Source: Fretibacterium sp.
GTDB taxonomy: Bacteria; Synergistota; Synergistia; Synergistales; Aminobacteriaceae
Length of the DNA stretch: 48,289 nucleotides
Assembly: GCA_024681935.1 (NCBI GenBank)
Contig: JAIKZX010000161.1
Span: 1 to 48,289 of the forward strand
Reading direction: 5' to 3'
Under the pieces are notes generated by a model. The model made no database searches. It saw only the letters and a program-made list of their open reading frames with translations, and was not told where the DNA came from. Shown piece after piece: positions 37,277 through 45,556 of the stretch. A program made the position numbers and the translations under genes. How positions within the stretch are numbered: position 1 is the stretch's first letter; each line of letters begins with the position of its first letter.

Positions 37277-37591
37277 TCAATATTTCCTGTCCTGGCGGCT
37301 GACCCGTGAGGACGCCACATAACTGTCCTGATACTTCACCGACCGTTGAAATATCCTCATCGCAAGAGGGTCCTTCTTGCCCATGACCCTCAACACCTGA
37401 AGGCCGACGAAGAAAATGACGATGGCGATGAAAAAATTCACAAAATTGCCGCTGGCCAGTCCTCCGGGAAACCCCAGAGCCATACAGGCCAGCAGCAGAA
37501 GGAGAAACAGGGTGCGGTCACAGCCAAAGATGAACTGCGGCCGGGTCAGGCTTCTCCTCACGGTTGCGATGCGCAGATGCTCTTCGTTCAC
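37277..37591 (-). CDS. trbD: T4SS protein TrbD/VirB3
   Basis: 104 aa with RSLTRPQFIFGCDR followed by two TM helices. GTG start. Confidence 0.75.
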   Translation of the reverse strand: MNEEHLRIATVRRSLTRPQFIFGCDRTLFLLLLLACMALGFPGGLASGNFVNFFIAIVIFFVGLQVLRVMGKKDPLAMRIFQRSVKYQDSYVASSRVSRQDRKY

Positions 37592-37647
37592 GATTTAATC
37601 GCTTCCAATCGTCTGTGCCCTGCGTGTCCCTTTGCCGCGCATCCGGC

Positions 37648-37998
37648 TCAGAGCAGAAGGAAGCCCTCAGTGGTGATAAACAGCTTGACGACGCTGGCCA
37701 AAGCGCCCAGCATAGATCCCACAAGGACGACCATCATAACGGAGCGGCCAAAGCTGCTGAGCTGACCTCCGAAGATGAGCATTCCGCCGGCAAAGAAGAG
37801 GCCGACCATGGAGATAAGGAGTGCCGTCTTGCCGGAGAGAGCATCAATGAGCTTCTCCATGCCGGTGTTCCAGGCCACTGTGTCCGTCTTGGCCATTGCC
37901 GTCACGGGCACGCAGAGCATAGCCAGCAGAAACACCGCTGCAAAGACCGCCGTGCGGCGGTCAAAAAGCCACCTGGAAACGCTGCTGCCGTTCATCAT
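37648..37998 (-). CDS. trbC: T4SS pilin precursor TrbC/VirB2
   Basis: Long leader ending AMA|K and two hydrophobic helices. I chose the ATG at 37998 (AAAGGAG RBS 8 nt upstream) over the TTG at 38016. Confidence 0.75.
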   Translation of the reverse strand: MMNGSSVSRWLFDRRTAVFAAVFLLAMLCVPVTAMAKTDTVAWNTGMEKLIDALSGKTALLISMVGLFFAGGMLIFGGQLSSFGRSVMMVVLVGSMLGALASVVKLFITTEGFLLL

Positions 37999-38048
37999 AA
38001 AGAAAACTCCTTTCAAAATAAAAAGAAATATATAACGCTAAAGCAGAA

Positions 38049-39044
38049 CTACTCCGCTTTGACGCTCTGCTCCTCCGGGGTCTGGGTGTTCTCCCTCAGG
38101 TCCCTGAAAATATATTCTCCGTTCTTCACGCCGTCAACTGCCACCAACTCCGTCAGCTTAGGGCCGATTTTTGGGTCGCGGATCAGGAATGCGACGATGT
38201 CAACGGCTTCTCCCACCAGCTCCCGCATAGGTGCCTCGGACACCTCAGAAATCAGCTGCTCGATGCGGAGCAGCCCGGCGCGGGCATCATTGGCATGGAC
38301 CGTGCAGACTCCGCCGGGGTGCCCTGTGTTCCAAGCCTTCACCATGTCCAGCGCCTCCTTGCCCCTTACCTCACCCACAATGATGCGGTCCGGTCTCTGG
38401 CGCATGGTGATCTTCAGCAAATCCTGCATGGATACCCTATCACTGGTCCTCATGGCAATAAAGTTATCCACTGTACATTGAAGCTCCGCCGTGTCCTCAA
38501 GAATCACCAGACGGTGCTGAGGCGTCAGCAGCTTCATCTCATTGATGATGGCATTGACAAAGGTGGTCTTGCCTGTGCCCGTTCCGCCCACGACCAGAAT
38601 ATTCTTTCGCGTCCTGATGGCCTTGCGCAGAATTTCCACATCCCCCTGCGTCATCCGCCCGCTCTGGACGTAGTCCGAAAGAGGGAACACGGAGGAGGCT
38701 TTCTTCCTCAGGTTGAAGGACGGGTGCAGCACAATAGGAGGGATAACGCCTTCCACGCGGCTGCCGTCGCCGGGAAGCTCGCCTTCCACCTTGGGGTTTT
38801 GGGTGTTGATGACCGTTCCCAGCATGTGGGCGACGGTGCCAAGCATCTGGAGCGCCTGGACCTCAGACATATCGCAGAGGTACTCCATGCCTTTGCCCAG
38901 GCGATCTGTCCAGACCTTGCCGTCAGGGTTCAGCATAACCTCCACCACCGTGGTGTCGTCCATGGCCTGCCGTATTTTTTCGCCCATCTCCCGGCGCAGT
39001 TTGTTCAGGTTCCTCCGCGTCACCTCGTCCGTTGCCCTGCTCAT
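38049..39044 (-). CDS. trbB: T4SS ATPase TrbB/VirB11
   Basis: Walker A GGTGTGKTT, and blocks LVILEDTAEL and RQRPDRIIVGEVRG. I trimmed the track ORF to the ATG at 39044 (331 aa). Confidence 0.9.
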   Translation of the reverse strand: MSRATDEVTRRNLNKLRREMGEKIRQAMDDTTVVEVMLNPDGKVWTDRLGKGMEYLCDMSEVQALQMLGTVAHMLGTVINTQNPKVEGELPGDGSRVEGVIPPIVLHPSFNLRKKASSVFPLSDYVQSGRMTQGDVEILRKAIRTRKNILVVGGTGTGKTTFVNAIINEMKLLTPQHRLVILEDTAELQCTVDNFIAMRTSDRVSMQDLLKITMRQRPDRIIVGEVRGKEALDMVKAWNTGHPGGVCTVHANDARAGLLRIEQLISEVSEAPMRELVGEAVDIVAFLIRDPKIGPKLTELVAVDGVKNGEYIFRDLRENTQTPEEQSVKAE

Positions 39045-39069
39045 CCTTCTACCCCCGTTCAATGTCGAA

Positions 39070-39098
39070 ATATTAATATAATGATTTGTTTTTTTCAA
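39070..39098 (-). promoter_or_regulatory. Candidate sigma-70 promoter of the trb operon (TTGAAA-17 nt-TAATAT); the -10 lies inside the 10-bp palindrome ATATTAATAT
   Basis: On the minus strand, TTGAAA is at 39098-39093 and TAATAT at 39075-39070. The palindrome spans 39070-39079. The region is AT-rich within an otherwise GC-rich window. Confidence 0.4.
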
Positions 39099-39101
39099 TA
39101 G

Positions 39102-39130
39102 TTGGCCGCAATAAAACTTTTTGTTATACT
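39102..39130 (+). promoter_or_regulatory. Candidate divergent promoter for the hydrolase-like gene (TTGGCC-17 nt-TATACT)
   Basis: TTGGCC at 39102-39107 and TATACT at 39125-39130. AGGAG RBS precedes the ATG at 39154. Confidence 0.35.
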
Positions 39131-39153
39131 TACATAATAGGAGATGATGCCCG

Positions 39154-40089
39154 ATGAAGAAGACGTTCTTTATGAGTCTGATTATGCTTATAAGCCTGAG
39201 CCATGCGGCGGCGGCCGGCGTGACCGGCCCGGCTGCGATTGACAAGAGCGGCGACACAGCGCTTCAGGCGATGATTCAGGAGACGGAGGGGAAGTTCTCC
39301 CAGCTCAACTACACCGAGGGGAACCTCAGTCTGCTCTGCAATCTTTTCCTTCCGGAGGGATATCCGGGATCACAGAAATACCCTCTCGTTATCTTTATCG
39401 CGGACAGCAGCACGGTGGGCAGGGAGGCAGACGCGCCGCTCCGTCAGGGGTACGGAGGCATCATCTGGGCCACGGAGAAGGAGCAGTCCAAACACCCTTG
39501 CATTGTCCTTGTGCCACAGTACCCTCAGGAGATTGTCGATGACAGCACGGGCAGTACCGCAGCGGCCTATATCTCCATCACAGAAAACCTGATACGCGCC
39601 GTCATCGACGGATTCCAGGTTGACACGGGCAAAATCTACGCCACGGGCCAGGCCATGGGTTGCATGGCTCTGATGATTATGGCGGAGAAAAACCCCGCAC
39701 TCTTTGCGGCAGAGCTGTTCGTCGCGGGGCAGGGGGAACTCAGGGAGATAGAAGGGCTGAAGAAGCAAAAATTCTTCTACATCACCTCGGAGGGGGACGA
39801 CAGGGCCAGAATCGCTCAGGCGAAGCTGCTGCGAAGGTTCCAGATAGCTCGCGTGCCCTTCAGCCGCACCCTTGAGTGGGACGCACGACAGGCTCAGGAG
39901 GACTTCGCAAACGCCCTCAACGTCATGCTGGCCGGGCGTCCCTCCGCAAACTTCGCGCGGTTCATCGAGGGGACGGTTCTGCCGCCCGGCGTGAGCTCTG
40001 ACTCTTCTCTGGAACATCTGTACTCCTTTGATGCCGCCTACAGAATCAACGCGCTGCGGGATTGGCTGTTTATGCAGTCACAGAAGTAA
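39154..40089 (+). CDS. Secreted alpha/beta-hydrolase-fold protein (COG4099-like predicted peptidase/esterase) with the nucleophile Ser replaced
   Basis: Signal peptide MKKTFFMSLIMLISLSHAAAA. KYPLVIFI…HPCIVLVPQYP…IYATGQAMGCMAL follows the family pattern, but GxSxG reads GQAMG. Confidence 0.55.
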   Translation: MKKTFFMSLIMLISLSHAAAAGVTGPAAIDKSGDTALQAMIQETEGKFSQLNYTEGNLSLLCNLFLPEGYPGSQKYPLVIFIADSSTVGREADAPLRQGYGGIIWATEKEQSKHPCIVLVPQYPQEIVDDSTGSTAAAYISITENLIRAVIDGFQVDTGKIYATGQAMGCMALMIMAEKNPALFAAELFVAGQGELREIEGLKKQKFFYITSEGDDRARIAQAKLLRRFQIARVPFSRTLEWDARQAQEDFANALNVMLAGRPSANFARFIEGTVLPPGVSSDSSLEHLYSFDAAYRINALRDWLFMQSQK

Positions 40090-40164
40090 CGACGCAAAAA
40101 TTTTGCCGTATGGCAGTCACAGGGTGTCTCAAAGTTCTTTTCCTGTTTGAAGGGAGTGTTTGTG

Positions 40165-40677
40165 GTGAATTTTCTTGAATTGGCAAAGTCGCGGTATTCG
40201 TGCCGGAAGTTCTCCGACCGGGCTGTTGAGAAGGAAAAAATCGACAAAATCATCGAAGCTGCCATCGCAGCTCCAACGGCGAAGAACCTTCAGCCCTGGA
40301 AACTATGGGTCCTTCAGAGTGAGAAGGCGATGACAAATGTGAAAGAAGTGACGGCCTGTCACTTTGGGGCATCTGTCGTCCTCGCGGTGGGGGGCTATGC
40401 GAAGGACGCCTGGGTTCGTCCCTTCGACCAGCGCAACTTTGAAGACGTTGATGCCGCCATTGTAGGGACGCATATCATGATGGCTGTGCAGGATATGGGG
40501 TTGGGGACAACATGGGTGGGGTTCTTCGACGCACCGAAGATGAAAAAACTGTTCCCGGAGATGGCGGAGTATGATCTCGTCGCCTTGTTCCCCATTGGCT
40601 ATCCGGCGGATGACGCAACACCTGCGGACCGGCACAGCCAGAGAAAGGCGAAAGAGGAAATTGTCTGCTGCCTCTGA
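40165..40677 (+). CDS. Nitroreductase family protein
   Basis: NFLELAKSRYSCRKF…IIEAAIAAPTAKNLQPW. I prefer the GTG at 40165 (AAGGGAG RBS 8 nt upstream) over the TTG at 40147. Confidence 0.8.
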   Translation: MNFLELAKSRYSCRKFSDRAVEKEKIDKIIEAAIAAPTAKNLQPWKLWVLQSEKAMTNVKEVTACHFGASVVLAVGGYAKDAWVRPFDQRNFEDVDAAIVGTHIMMAVQDMGLGTTWVGFFDAPKMKKLFPEMAEYDLVALFPIGYPADDATPADRHSQRKAKEEIVCCL

Positions 40678-41224
40678 TGCAAAGGACTCTCTCGTTCGGG
40701 CTTTTGTAGCTGTTCCTGTTCCCGAGTCTGCGGCCGGCAAACTGGAGCGTTTTGTGGAAACGCTGAAGCCGCTGGCCCATCTGCGCTGGGTGACGCGGGC
40801 ACAGTTTCACATCACGCTGCGCTTCCTTGGAGAGCAGACGAGGGAAACGATAGACCGGTTGAAAACTGTCCTCGCACCTCTGCGCTTTGAACCGTTTGAG
40901 ATTGAGCTTTCCTGTGTGGGGGCATTTCCCAGCAGGGAGTGTCCCCGTGTCCTCTGGCTTTCAGGCGAGCAGGGGAGGAGGGAACTGACAGCTCTGGCGG
41001 AGTCTGTGAACAAGGCAATCGATGCGGCAGGGCTTCCCCCTGAGGAACGCCCCTTTAAACCTCATCTGACTCTTGCCCGCTCACACGGGGCGCCGTTGCT
41101 CCCGGCGCTCCTGAAGGCGTTGGAGGGTACCCCGCCACTTGCCTGGCGCTGTGAGAGCTTTGACCTCATGCGCAGCCGCCTCACGCCACAGGGAGCGGTT
41201 TACACGAAGATTCCCTTGTCCTGA
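40661..41224 (+). CDS. thpR: 2H phosphoesterase, RNA 2',3'-cyclic phosphodiesterase / 2'-5' RNA ligase (ThpR/LigT)
   Basis: Two HxTx motifs (FHITLRFLG and PHLTLAR). The start is uncertain: I took TTG at 40661, which overlaps the nitroreductase 3' end, and the track ORF start at 40571 is probably too far upstream. Confidence 0.7.
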   Translation: MSAASDAKDSLVRAFVAVPVPESAAGKLERFVETLKPLAHLRWVTRAQFHITLRFLGEQTRETIDRLKTVLAPLRFEPFEIELSCVGAFPSRECPRVLWLSGEQGRRELTALAESVNKAIDAAGLPPEERPFKPHLTLARSHGAPLLPALLKALEGTPPLAWRCESFDLMRSRLTPQGAVYTKIPLS

Positions 41225-41241
41225 CGCGAGGGGAGAGACGT

Positions 41242-41565
41242 ATGGAATGCTGCAAGCTGGAGATTTTTATTCCGGAGTCCCACTTCCGGGTGCTGCAAAA
41301 GGCGCTCCGGGAGGTCGACGCGGGGCATATTGGAAACTACGACAGCTGCCTCTCCTACAGCCGCGTCGTGGGGATGTGGCGTCCGCTTGAGGGGACGTCC
41401 CCTTACATTGGCCGGGTAGGGGCGGTCAGTGAGGAATCAGAGCTGAAGGTGGAAGTCACCTGCCGCATGGACAGACTGGATGAGACAATCACGGCGGTAA
41501 AGCAAATCCACCCTTACGAGGAACCAGTGATTAACGTCATTCCTCTTATAAGGACGGGGCAATAA
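41242..41565 (+). CDS. Stand-alone Nif3 cap-domain-like (COG3323, PII-like fold) protein
   Basis: KLEIFIPESHFRVLQKALREVDAGHIGNYDSC…RPLEGTSPYIGRVG…HPYEEPVINVIPL matches the inserted domain of Nif3/YqfO proteins. Confidence 0.6.
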   Translation: MECCKLEIFIPESHFRVLQKALREVDAGHIGNYDSCLSYSRVVGMWRPLEGTSPYIGRVGAVSEESELKVEVTCRMDRLDETITAVKQIHPYEEPVINVIPLIRTGQ

Positions 41566-41603
41566 AAACAGGAGCCTGACTGGCCCCTGTTTTTTATTGC
41601 CCC
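41556..41603. terminator. Long bidirectional hairpin terminator between convergent genes
   Basis: GGGGCAATAAAAACAGGAGCC and GGCCCCTGTTTTTTATTGCCCC form an imperfect inverted repeat of about 21 bp, with U-tracts on both strands. Confidence 0.65.
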
Positions 41604-41744
41604 GGGCCGCTGGAGTTTCATTTGCTTTCGTTTTCAGTCCGGGTATTGGAATTCCGGCTGCGTTCCTGCCTTTGGACAATAGATAATCACTGTTTTTCCC
41701 CTGTCCGGCAGCTATGTTGTTCCCGGAGTGCCCCTATGAATGTT

Positions 41745-42251
41745 TTACATCACCCATTCGCTGAAAAGCTCCCGCGCAATCCGCCAGGCTTCCCCGTCAA
41801 AAAGTACAATCGAGACTTCCATGTCATGCTCCTGTAGAAAAGCCAGGATTGTATCTATGGCCACTTTCAACGCCTGTTCCCTGGGGTAGCCGTACACGCC
41901 CGCCGAAATCAGAGGAAACGCCGCTGTCGCACAGTCATGCTCTTTGGCCAATTCAAGCGATTTTTTATAGCAGGATTCCAGCTTCTCGCGCTCGCCGCTT
42001 TCCCCGCCGTGCCAGACAGGGCCGACGGTGTGAATCACATATTTACACGGCAGGCGGTACCCCTTCGTGATCTTTGCGTCGCCGGTTGGACAACCTCCAA
42101 GTGTCCGGCATTCTGCCACCAGTTCCGGCCCCGCCGCGCGGTGGATGGCCCCGTCCACGCCCCCGCCTCCAAGCAGCGAGGAGTTGGCGGCGTTGACAAT
42201 CGCGTCCACTTTTAATCTTGTGATGTCGCCCTGAATGATCTTTAACGGCAT
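41745..42251 (-). CDS. Macro-domain protein (O-acetyl-ADP-ribose deacetylase / ADP-ribose-binding, YmdB-like)
   Basis: [37 protein letters not shown]. Confidence 0.88.
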   Translation of the reverse strand: MPLKIIQGDITRLKVDAIVNAANSSLLGGGGVDGAIHRAAGPELVAECRTLGGCPTGDAKITKGYRLPCKYVIHTVGPVWHGGESGEREKLESCYKKSLELAKEHDCATAAFPLISAGVYGYPREQALKVAIDTILAFLQEHDMEVSIVLFDGEAWRIARELFSEWVM

Positions 42252-42278
42252 TTTCGTTTCTCTGCTCCCTTCATTTTT

Positions 42279-43412
42279 TTATAGCCCAATGATTTTCCCC
42301 AGGCGGACCAGAGGGCTTTCCTTAAAGCCGATGGCCTGCACCGGGCACATTTCCTGACAGCAGTAACAACGGATGCACTTGTTGTAGTCAAAGCGCAAAT
42401 TTCCGCCGGAATGTTTCAACGCACCAGCCGCGCAGACTTCCTGACACCGTCCGCAGCCAATGCAACGCTCCGGAATATGGACTGGACGCGAAGTCATCGC
42501 CCTTTCGATGAGGGGGCCAACGAAGGGGAGGCGCGGTATAAGCCGCAGGCTTTGTGTGGCGGGCACCCTCACTCCTGAAAAGTGGTAATCCTTTGCAAAA
42601 TCTCCGGCTATGGCGTCGTCTTTCATCTCGCATTCCGGCAGTCCCCGCTGACGCGCTGCCCGCCATAATGGGAAATCCTCAAGGGTAACACCCAGCATGC
42701 GGCACAGCCAGAAATCCAGAGTCAGGGCGTCCTCCGCGGCGGCAATCATGCCGTAGGGGAAAGGCTGCCCGCTGGTCGGGCCATCGCCGTCCATCCCAAT
42801 CACGCCATCCAGCAGCGTAAAAGCCGGAGCGACGCCTTTATAGATATCCAACAGCAGTGAGGCAAAGCGTTCCCGGTCCAGCCCCACATTATAATGCCAG
42901 GTGGCTTTTGCCCGTCCCACCACGCATCCGAACAGGTTTTTTACTCCAAGTGTCAACAGCATTTGGCCGTGTGTTTTCATCTTGGGCAGGTTGAGAATCA
43001 CATCAGCCTCCCGCACCAGGCGGCCCACTTCAATTTTATGGAACGATTCTCCGGGCGGCAGGGCGACGGGGTCATCCAGTTCAACACAAGGAATCCCCAG
43101 CCTGCGAGCCACATCCATAAATCCCGTTTTTTCCGCTGCGCGGTTGAAGGAATCAATGCCTGGGCTGTCCGCAATAACAGGATGTCCTCCGCAATCGAGG
43201 GCAAGACGGGCAACTGCTTCAACGACGGACGGGTCTGTGGTGACGCGCCTCTCCGTTTTGTGCCCCGCAACGAGGTTGACTTTGAGCAGCACCTTATTTC
43301 CCGGTGCGATAAAACGCTTCCCGCCGCCAAAGAAATCAAATGCCCGGTTAATGGTGCTTTCAATGGCCGATAGCTCATAATGGGTCTGATGAAGCAGAAG
43401 GATTTGTCTCAT
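42279..43412 (-). CDS. DUF362 domain protein with a C-terminal 2x[4Fe-4S] ferredoxin domain
   Basis: VLLKVNLV…DPSVVEAVARL…VIADSPG is a DUF362 pattern. CIGCGRCQEVC and CIRCYCCQEMCP are also present. Confidence 0.7.
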   Translation of the reverse strand: MRQILLLHQTHYELSAIESTINRAFDFFGGGKRFIAPGNKVLLKVNLVAGHKTERRVTTDPSVVEAVARLALDCGGHPVIADSPGIDSFNRAAEKTGFMDVARRLGIPCVELDDPVALPPGESFHKIEVGRLVREADVILNLPKMKTHGQMLLTLGVKNLFGCVVGRAKATWHYNVGLDRERFASLLLDIYKGVAPAFTLLDGVIGMDGDGPTSGQPFPYGMIAAAEDALTLDFWLCRMLGVTLEDFPLWRAARQRGLPECEMKDDAIAGDFAKDYHFSGVRVPATQSLRLIPRLPFVGPLIERAMTSRPVHIPERCIGCGRCQEVCAAGALKHSGGNLRFDYNKCIRCYCCQEMCPVQAIGFKESPLVRLGKIIGL

Positions 43413-44018
43413 GCCAAATTACCCGCATGGCATTGGCGGGCTCGTCCCTCCGTTCTTCTCGCTCGCCTGGGCCGGTTTGACACTTCCGGAATCACCAGCC
43501 TCTTCTCCTTTTGACGGCCGTTCTTTCACGGCCTTCATCCTCAGGTGAACATAGTCCACGTACAAAATGCCATCCTTGAATAGTTTTTCCTCCAAACGTC
43601 AGATGGCCTCAGAGATGATTCCTTCCCTCTCATTTTCGTTGACGATGGAAAACAGGCTGATAAGGAACATCTTTATTCGGCCGGCAGCCCATCCGCTCCC
43701 TGAAATCCCTTAACCATTGGGGATTCGCTTTAGGGTATTCCATTGAAGTCCATCCCAATGGCTTTATTAGTGAAAAAATCATCGCTTCCAAGTTATTTGA
43801 CGAGGATTTGCCCCAGGAGCTCCGTGTCAGTTTTACCTATTAAAGATAACTGATGTTCTGTCGCAGTCCTTTTGAGCCAGATATTATCACGTTGGGACCA
43901 ATCCAGCATAAGGTCCTTTACTCTTGCGTCCCCTAACCCGATATAGCCAATCTCCTGCATTGAGACATCGTAAGCACTTTTTTCATCTTCCTTCACGGTG
44001 CCGCGAAGAAGGGCACAG

Positions 44019-44444
44019 CTATTTGCCGACCAGCACAAGGCCAGCCACGCAAAAGCCAATCCCCAGGATTTGACGCAGCGTAATCTGCTCCTTATATAAC
44101 AAGGATCCAATGAAAATCAGGGCGAAGGCGAGGCAGATATTGGCGACCAACGCGCCGGAGCTGAGCTTCCAGCCGGCACGGTAGAGAAGAATATACCCTA
44201 TCTCAAGTCCGACAATCGCAATACCCAGGATGAAAGAGGACCAGTTTATTTTTGATAATTCAAGGAAGGCATTTTCGGGTTTAACCTCACAGATAAACAG
44301 GGCGAAGGTAATGACGGCGGACGTCAGATAAGTCACAACCAGAGCACAGAACGCATTAATCCCTGCCGGGGTCGACTTTGTACAGATGTTGTAAAAACAG
44401 TTTGATGCAACAATGATAATGATTGGCCATATCCTGTTCAACAT
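44019..44444 (-). CDS. Small EamA-domain (DMT superfamily) membrane transporter
   Basis: 141 aa with 4-5 TM helices and a single EamA-like half. Confidence 0.6.
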   Translation of the reverse strand: MLNRIWPIIIIVASNCFYNICTKSTPAGINAFCALVVTYLTSAVITFALFICEVKPENAFLELSKINWSSFILGIAIVGLEIGYILLYRAGWKLSSGALVANICLAFALIFIGSLLYKEQITLRQILGIGFCVAGLVLVGK

Positions 44445-44465
44445 GGGGGCCTCCTGCGGGAAACT

Positions 44466-44990
44466 TTATTTATCGGGCTGTATTTCGGCAATATCTGCCA
44501 CAATAAACTCAACGGCTTTTCTCAGCTCAGGCAGGGCAATCTCCAATTGGAGCCCAATACGCCCGGCGCTGACAAAGATGGTATCATATTTTTCCGCTGA
44601 TGCGTCGATAACGGTCCTGAACACCTTTTTCATCCCCACGGGCGAACATCCGCCGTGGACATACCCGGTCAGAGGCAGAAGTTCTTTTGACGGAATCATC
44701 TCTATGGTTTTTTCGTTTACGGCCCTTGCTGCTTTGCGAAGGTCAAGCTCCCCGGCCCCTGGGACGACAAAGACATAATGCTCCCGGCTTTTTCCAACCG
44801 TGACGAGCGTCTTAAAAATGACCTCGGCTTTTTGTCCCAGAAGCTCAGCCACTCTGCGGGCACTGATGGCTATAGGCCCTTCGGAAGTCTCCTGCAAGGG
44901 GAGAGTAATCAGCTCATACCGTGCTTTCGCTGCCTCCAGGATTCTCACGGCGTTGGTCTTCGTTATTTTTTTATCAGCTTTGTCTTTCAT
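44466..44990 (-). CDS. ybaK: Cys-tRNA(Pro)/Cys-tRNA(Cys) deacylase YbaK/EbsC
   Basis: TNAVRIL…FKTLV…LDLRKAARAV…TGYVHGGCSPVGMKK. Confidence 0.75.
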   Translation of the reverse strand: MKDKADKKITKTNAVRILEAAKARYELITLPLQETSEGPIAISARRVAELLGQKAEVIFKTLVTVGKSREHYVFVVPGAGELDLRKAARAVNEKTIEMIPSKELLPLTGYVHGGCSPVGMKKVFRTVIDASAEKYDTIFVSAGRIGLQLEIALPELRKAVEFIVADIAEIQPDK

Positions 44991-45135
44991 AATCCCTCTT
45001 CCCAGGGAACAAAGAGAAAAAACCGGACAAGATACCTTCTCTCCGGTCTTGTTTTCCCGGATTCCTCCTAATATGTTATCTTGTATAATATATATGATAT
45101 CACGTTTGCAGCAAAAGATAAGGAGGCTGTTTATA

Positions 45136-45534
45136 ATGAGTAAAATAGGCGATTTCCTGAAAGAGGCAGGCGTCTTCTTCCTTGCGACCGCAGAAGGCGA
45201 TCAGCCCAGGCTGCGTCCGCTGGGGGCGTATTTGGAAATGGACGGCAAGGTCATCTTCGGCGTGGGCAACTTCAAGAACGTCTACAAGCAGCTCTGCGCG
45301 AACCCAAAGGTTGAGCTTGTTGCCTGCAAGCAGAACGGTCATTGGCTTCGTTACACTGGCAAGGCCGTCTTTGAGAGCGATCCAAAGTACGCGGCGGCAA
45401 TGCTGGAGATGATGCCTGATGTTAAGAAGCTTTATGATGCAAATCCCGGCTATAAGATGATGGCATTCCACATTGAGAACGCCACGGCGGTCGACATTGC
45501 GGTTATGGGCGACGGGGAGAACCTGCTGGCCTGA
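45136..45534 (+). CDS. Pyridoxamine 5'-phosphate oxidase-family (FMN-binding split-barrel) protein
   Basis: VFFLATAEGDQPRLRPLG…KVELVACK. I chose the ATG at 45136 with an AAGGAGG RBS; the track ORF start at 44800 was rejected. Confidence 0.65.
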   Translation: MSKIGDFLKEAGVFFLATAEGDQPRLRPLGAYLEMDGKVIFGVGNFKNVYKQLCANPKVELVACKQNGHWLRYTGKAVFESDPKYAAAMLEMMPDVKKLYDANPGYKMMAFHIENATAVDIAVMGDGENLLA

Positions 45535-45556
45535 TTAATTTAAAGGAGTGAGTGTC

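Noticed and set aside
38049-39257. 402-aa version of TrbB/VirB11, and the long versions of other track ORFs (4230 gap, 5570 rpoB, 24954 rnfC, 44800 PNPOx, 46994 DUF1622, 40571 thpR).
   Set aside because: Internal ATG or GTG starts with good Shine-Dalgarno spacing give N-termini that match family norms. The extensions run through promoter or intergenic sequence or overlap neighbouring genes.
43793-44110. 105-aa track ORF as a real gene.
   Set aside because: It overlaps the 3' end of the EamA gene by ~90 nt. There is no RBS at any candidate internal start (GTG 43996, ATG 43960) and I recognised no domain. It is discussed under the possible pseudogene region instead.
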